Assembly: GCA_043228905.1 (NCBI GenBank)
Contig: JBHGNT010000003.1
Coordinates: forward strand, 14,074,001 to 14,138,000
Source: Azolla caroliniana
Taxonomy: Eukaryota; Plantae; Polypodiophyta
DNA: 64,000 nucleotides
Direction: 5' to 3'
Each line of letters opens with the position of its first letter. Position 1 is the first letter of the stretch. This document shows, one piece after another, positions 62,046-64,000 of the stretch. The position numbers and the translations under genes are program-made. The notes beneath the pieces were generated by a model. It saw only the letters and a program-made list of their open reading frames with translations, ran no database searches and was not told the origin of the DNA.

Positions 62046-64000
62046 ATGGTACTGTCGGAGGAGGCACGCCAATGGATGAGGGAGAACGGGTTAAAAGGAT
62101 TGCTGAGGATCGTCGACGCTCCACCACACGCAGAACCAGAGCAGGCGGCAGCATCGATTGATTTATCAGAAATCACGGAAGGAGCGGTGCAGGCGCTCAC
62201 GGGGATAAAAGCAGGAGGACTTCAAACAATCGAAAACCCTTCAAGTGAAATCCTGTTCGAATATTTCGGTGAGTATTCTATCAGCAGCAAGGCGTACCGA
62301 ACACAGGGCGGAGAGAACCTGCTGTTCAGAGAAGTGGCCCGCGCCATGATGGAATACGGATTCGTGAATTCTCGTCCCCCGGCCATAGCCAGGTACCGGG
62401 CAGCGTTCTTAATTGCAGCGTACGAAGGATTACAAGTGGACTGGCTCCATTTCATAATCGAAGGATTGAAGGAGGCCATCAAGAATCTTGTGGAAGGAAA
62501 AAAGCCATGGGCCGGGATAGCACAATGGCTAACGATATTAGTCCCACCGGTGCTCCCCATCAAACAAAAGAAAAGAGGTCGTCAGGAGACAACGCCGAAA
62601 AAGGTCACAAAGCGCCGACAGATCCTGGAGAAACACACCCCCGGATGGACCCAGCAAGAAGCAGAACAGCGGGGGGAAGGACCATCCCGACAGCAATAGG
62701 AACCGGCAACAAAGGCAAAATCGGCAGGAAAATGCAAAGGGAAATCAACCGAGGAGGAACCGGTAGCGCTCAAACCAATCAATATAATGCTGCGACGGCC
62801 GGAACCAGAACCAGAGGTCTTTATACAAAAGGTCCGTCTGGTAGCCGCACCGGAGGAGGAAGCTGAAACAGAAGACTCATCTGAACCACTGGTAAGACTC
62901 CCAGTAAGACAAGGTCGGGAGAGACGGGCGAAAGGACCGGCTCCACCAGTTGACAAAACTCAGCAGAGGGCGCAAGGACCACCTCCAGTAGCCGAGGCGG
63001 AAGCAGTACCGGAACCCGTACCGAGGGAAGCAGCATCGACACCGTTTTTGCCGAACTTCAGAGAACCGGTCATCCTAGAGAAGAGGAATGAACAAGCTCC
63101 GGAGCCAGAAAAAAGGCCGGAAAAATAGCCTGAGTTAAGGAGTAGAAGTGAGCATGGCCACCCCGACACAGGAAGCACAAAGCCACAATGGCTGAGATGG
63201 CTTTCGGAGCAGTTATCGGGAGTAGCGGACCAGTTAGAGGAAGAAGAAACATGTAGGCAACAGCTGACGCATACAACAACTCAGGAGTTGGTTGCACTCC
63301 GAACACAGATCGAGGAAATGCAAGGGGAGCTGTTGCAGGCAAGGGAAGGAATTCAACAAGCACAAGTTGTCACCGAGCCGGTCGGGACAACAAGGAAGCA
63401 ACCAAAACCGGTAGCCTTGCAAACCGGCCCTGAGACCGAAAAAATAATAGAATCCTTACGAGAGGAGTTAAAAGCTTAGGAGGCATTAAGGGAAAAAGAA
63501 AGGGAGCAGCGGAAAGCGGTGGAGGACGACAGACGGAAAATGGAAGAAGGCCTCCAGAAAGGCCGAGCCACTAATGACCGACTGCAAGAAGAAAAAGAGA
63601 AGCTGCAAAGGGAGAAGGACCGACTGCGTCGACATGCCGAGCAGGAGATAGAACGACTGCAGGAAGAACTCCGACAACAGAAGGACCGGGACGATCGGTT
63701 AAGAGCTTAGGCAAACCGACGCCTGAAGCAGAAGACGGAGGACTTCGACCGTCTCTACCGAGATCACAAGCAGGCCGAGTCGGACAACAAGAAACGGGCA
63801 GCAGACTACGACCGGCAAATAGAGAAGCTCAAAGAACAGCTCAAAGAAACCCGATTAGACCTGGCTAAGGCAATGGATGAGGTCAGTGCCAAAAAGGAAG
63901 CATTGTCGGCGGAAATAGCCCAAGCGACGAAGAGAAGGAAGGAATTAGAGGCGCTAAGGCGGGAAAAGCTGGATCTGACCAAGATCAGGAATGAAGAAAA
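62046..64000 (+). pseudogene. Extra sense ORF of element T (>650 codons): globular domain, Pro/Glu linker, long coiled coil
   Basis: ORFs 62046, 62787, 63288 and 63519 are in frame, separated only by TAG stops (62697, 63126, 63477, 63708); open to the window end. Confidence 0.85.

Larger units (their letters stand above)
55372..64000 (+). mobile_element. Relatively young gypsy T (Athila/Tat-like non-chromovirus); 5' LTR 55372-55761; runs off the window end
   Basis: TGTTG...CAACA; CCTATAAAAG at 55551; PBS-like TGGCGACCA at 55768; single-frame gag-pol; extra ORF. Confidence 0.93.

Overview
No host gene is detectable. The window is about 64 kb of nested, mostly decayed plant retroelements: two LINEs, at least five Ty1/copia pieces and about nine Ty3/gypsy or gypsy-derived elements or LTRs, nested up to four deep, with target-site duplications (TSDs) at several junctions. 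The lineage mix suggests a large, heavily methylated non-seed-plant (fern-like) genome; this is inference. Highlights: (1) A non-chromovirus gypsy family (four copies) has a three-zinc-knuckle Gag and a conserved extra sense ORF after integrase. No polypurine tract (PPT) precedes either apparent 3' LTR visible here, and one has a sense copy of a tRNA-Arg 3' end in that position, hinting at tRNA priming of both strands. (2) A very young chromovirus (29849-35507) has LTRs combining a perfect heat-shock element, a tRNA-derived Pol III A/B box and a Tf1-like self-priming signal, plus a clean -1 frameshift cassette. (3) A young non-autonomous element keeps one open ORF of Gag fused to in-frame-compressed RT remnants and sits exactly in a copia LTR/primer-binding-site (PBS) junction. 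(4) A tRNA-Trp-primed gypsy appears to frameshift after protease and hosts a non-coding relative. All coordinates were read by eye; lineage names are provisional.
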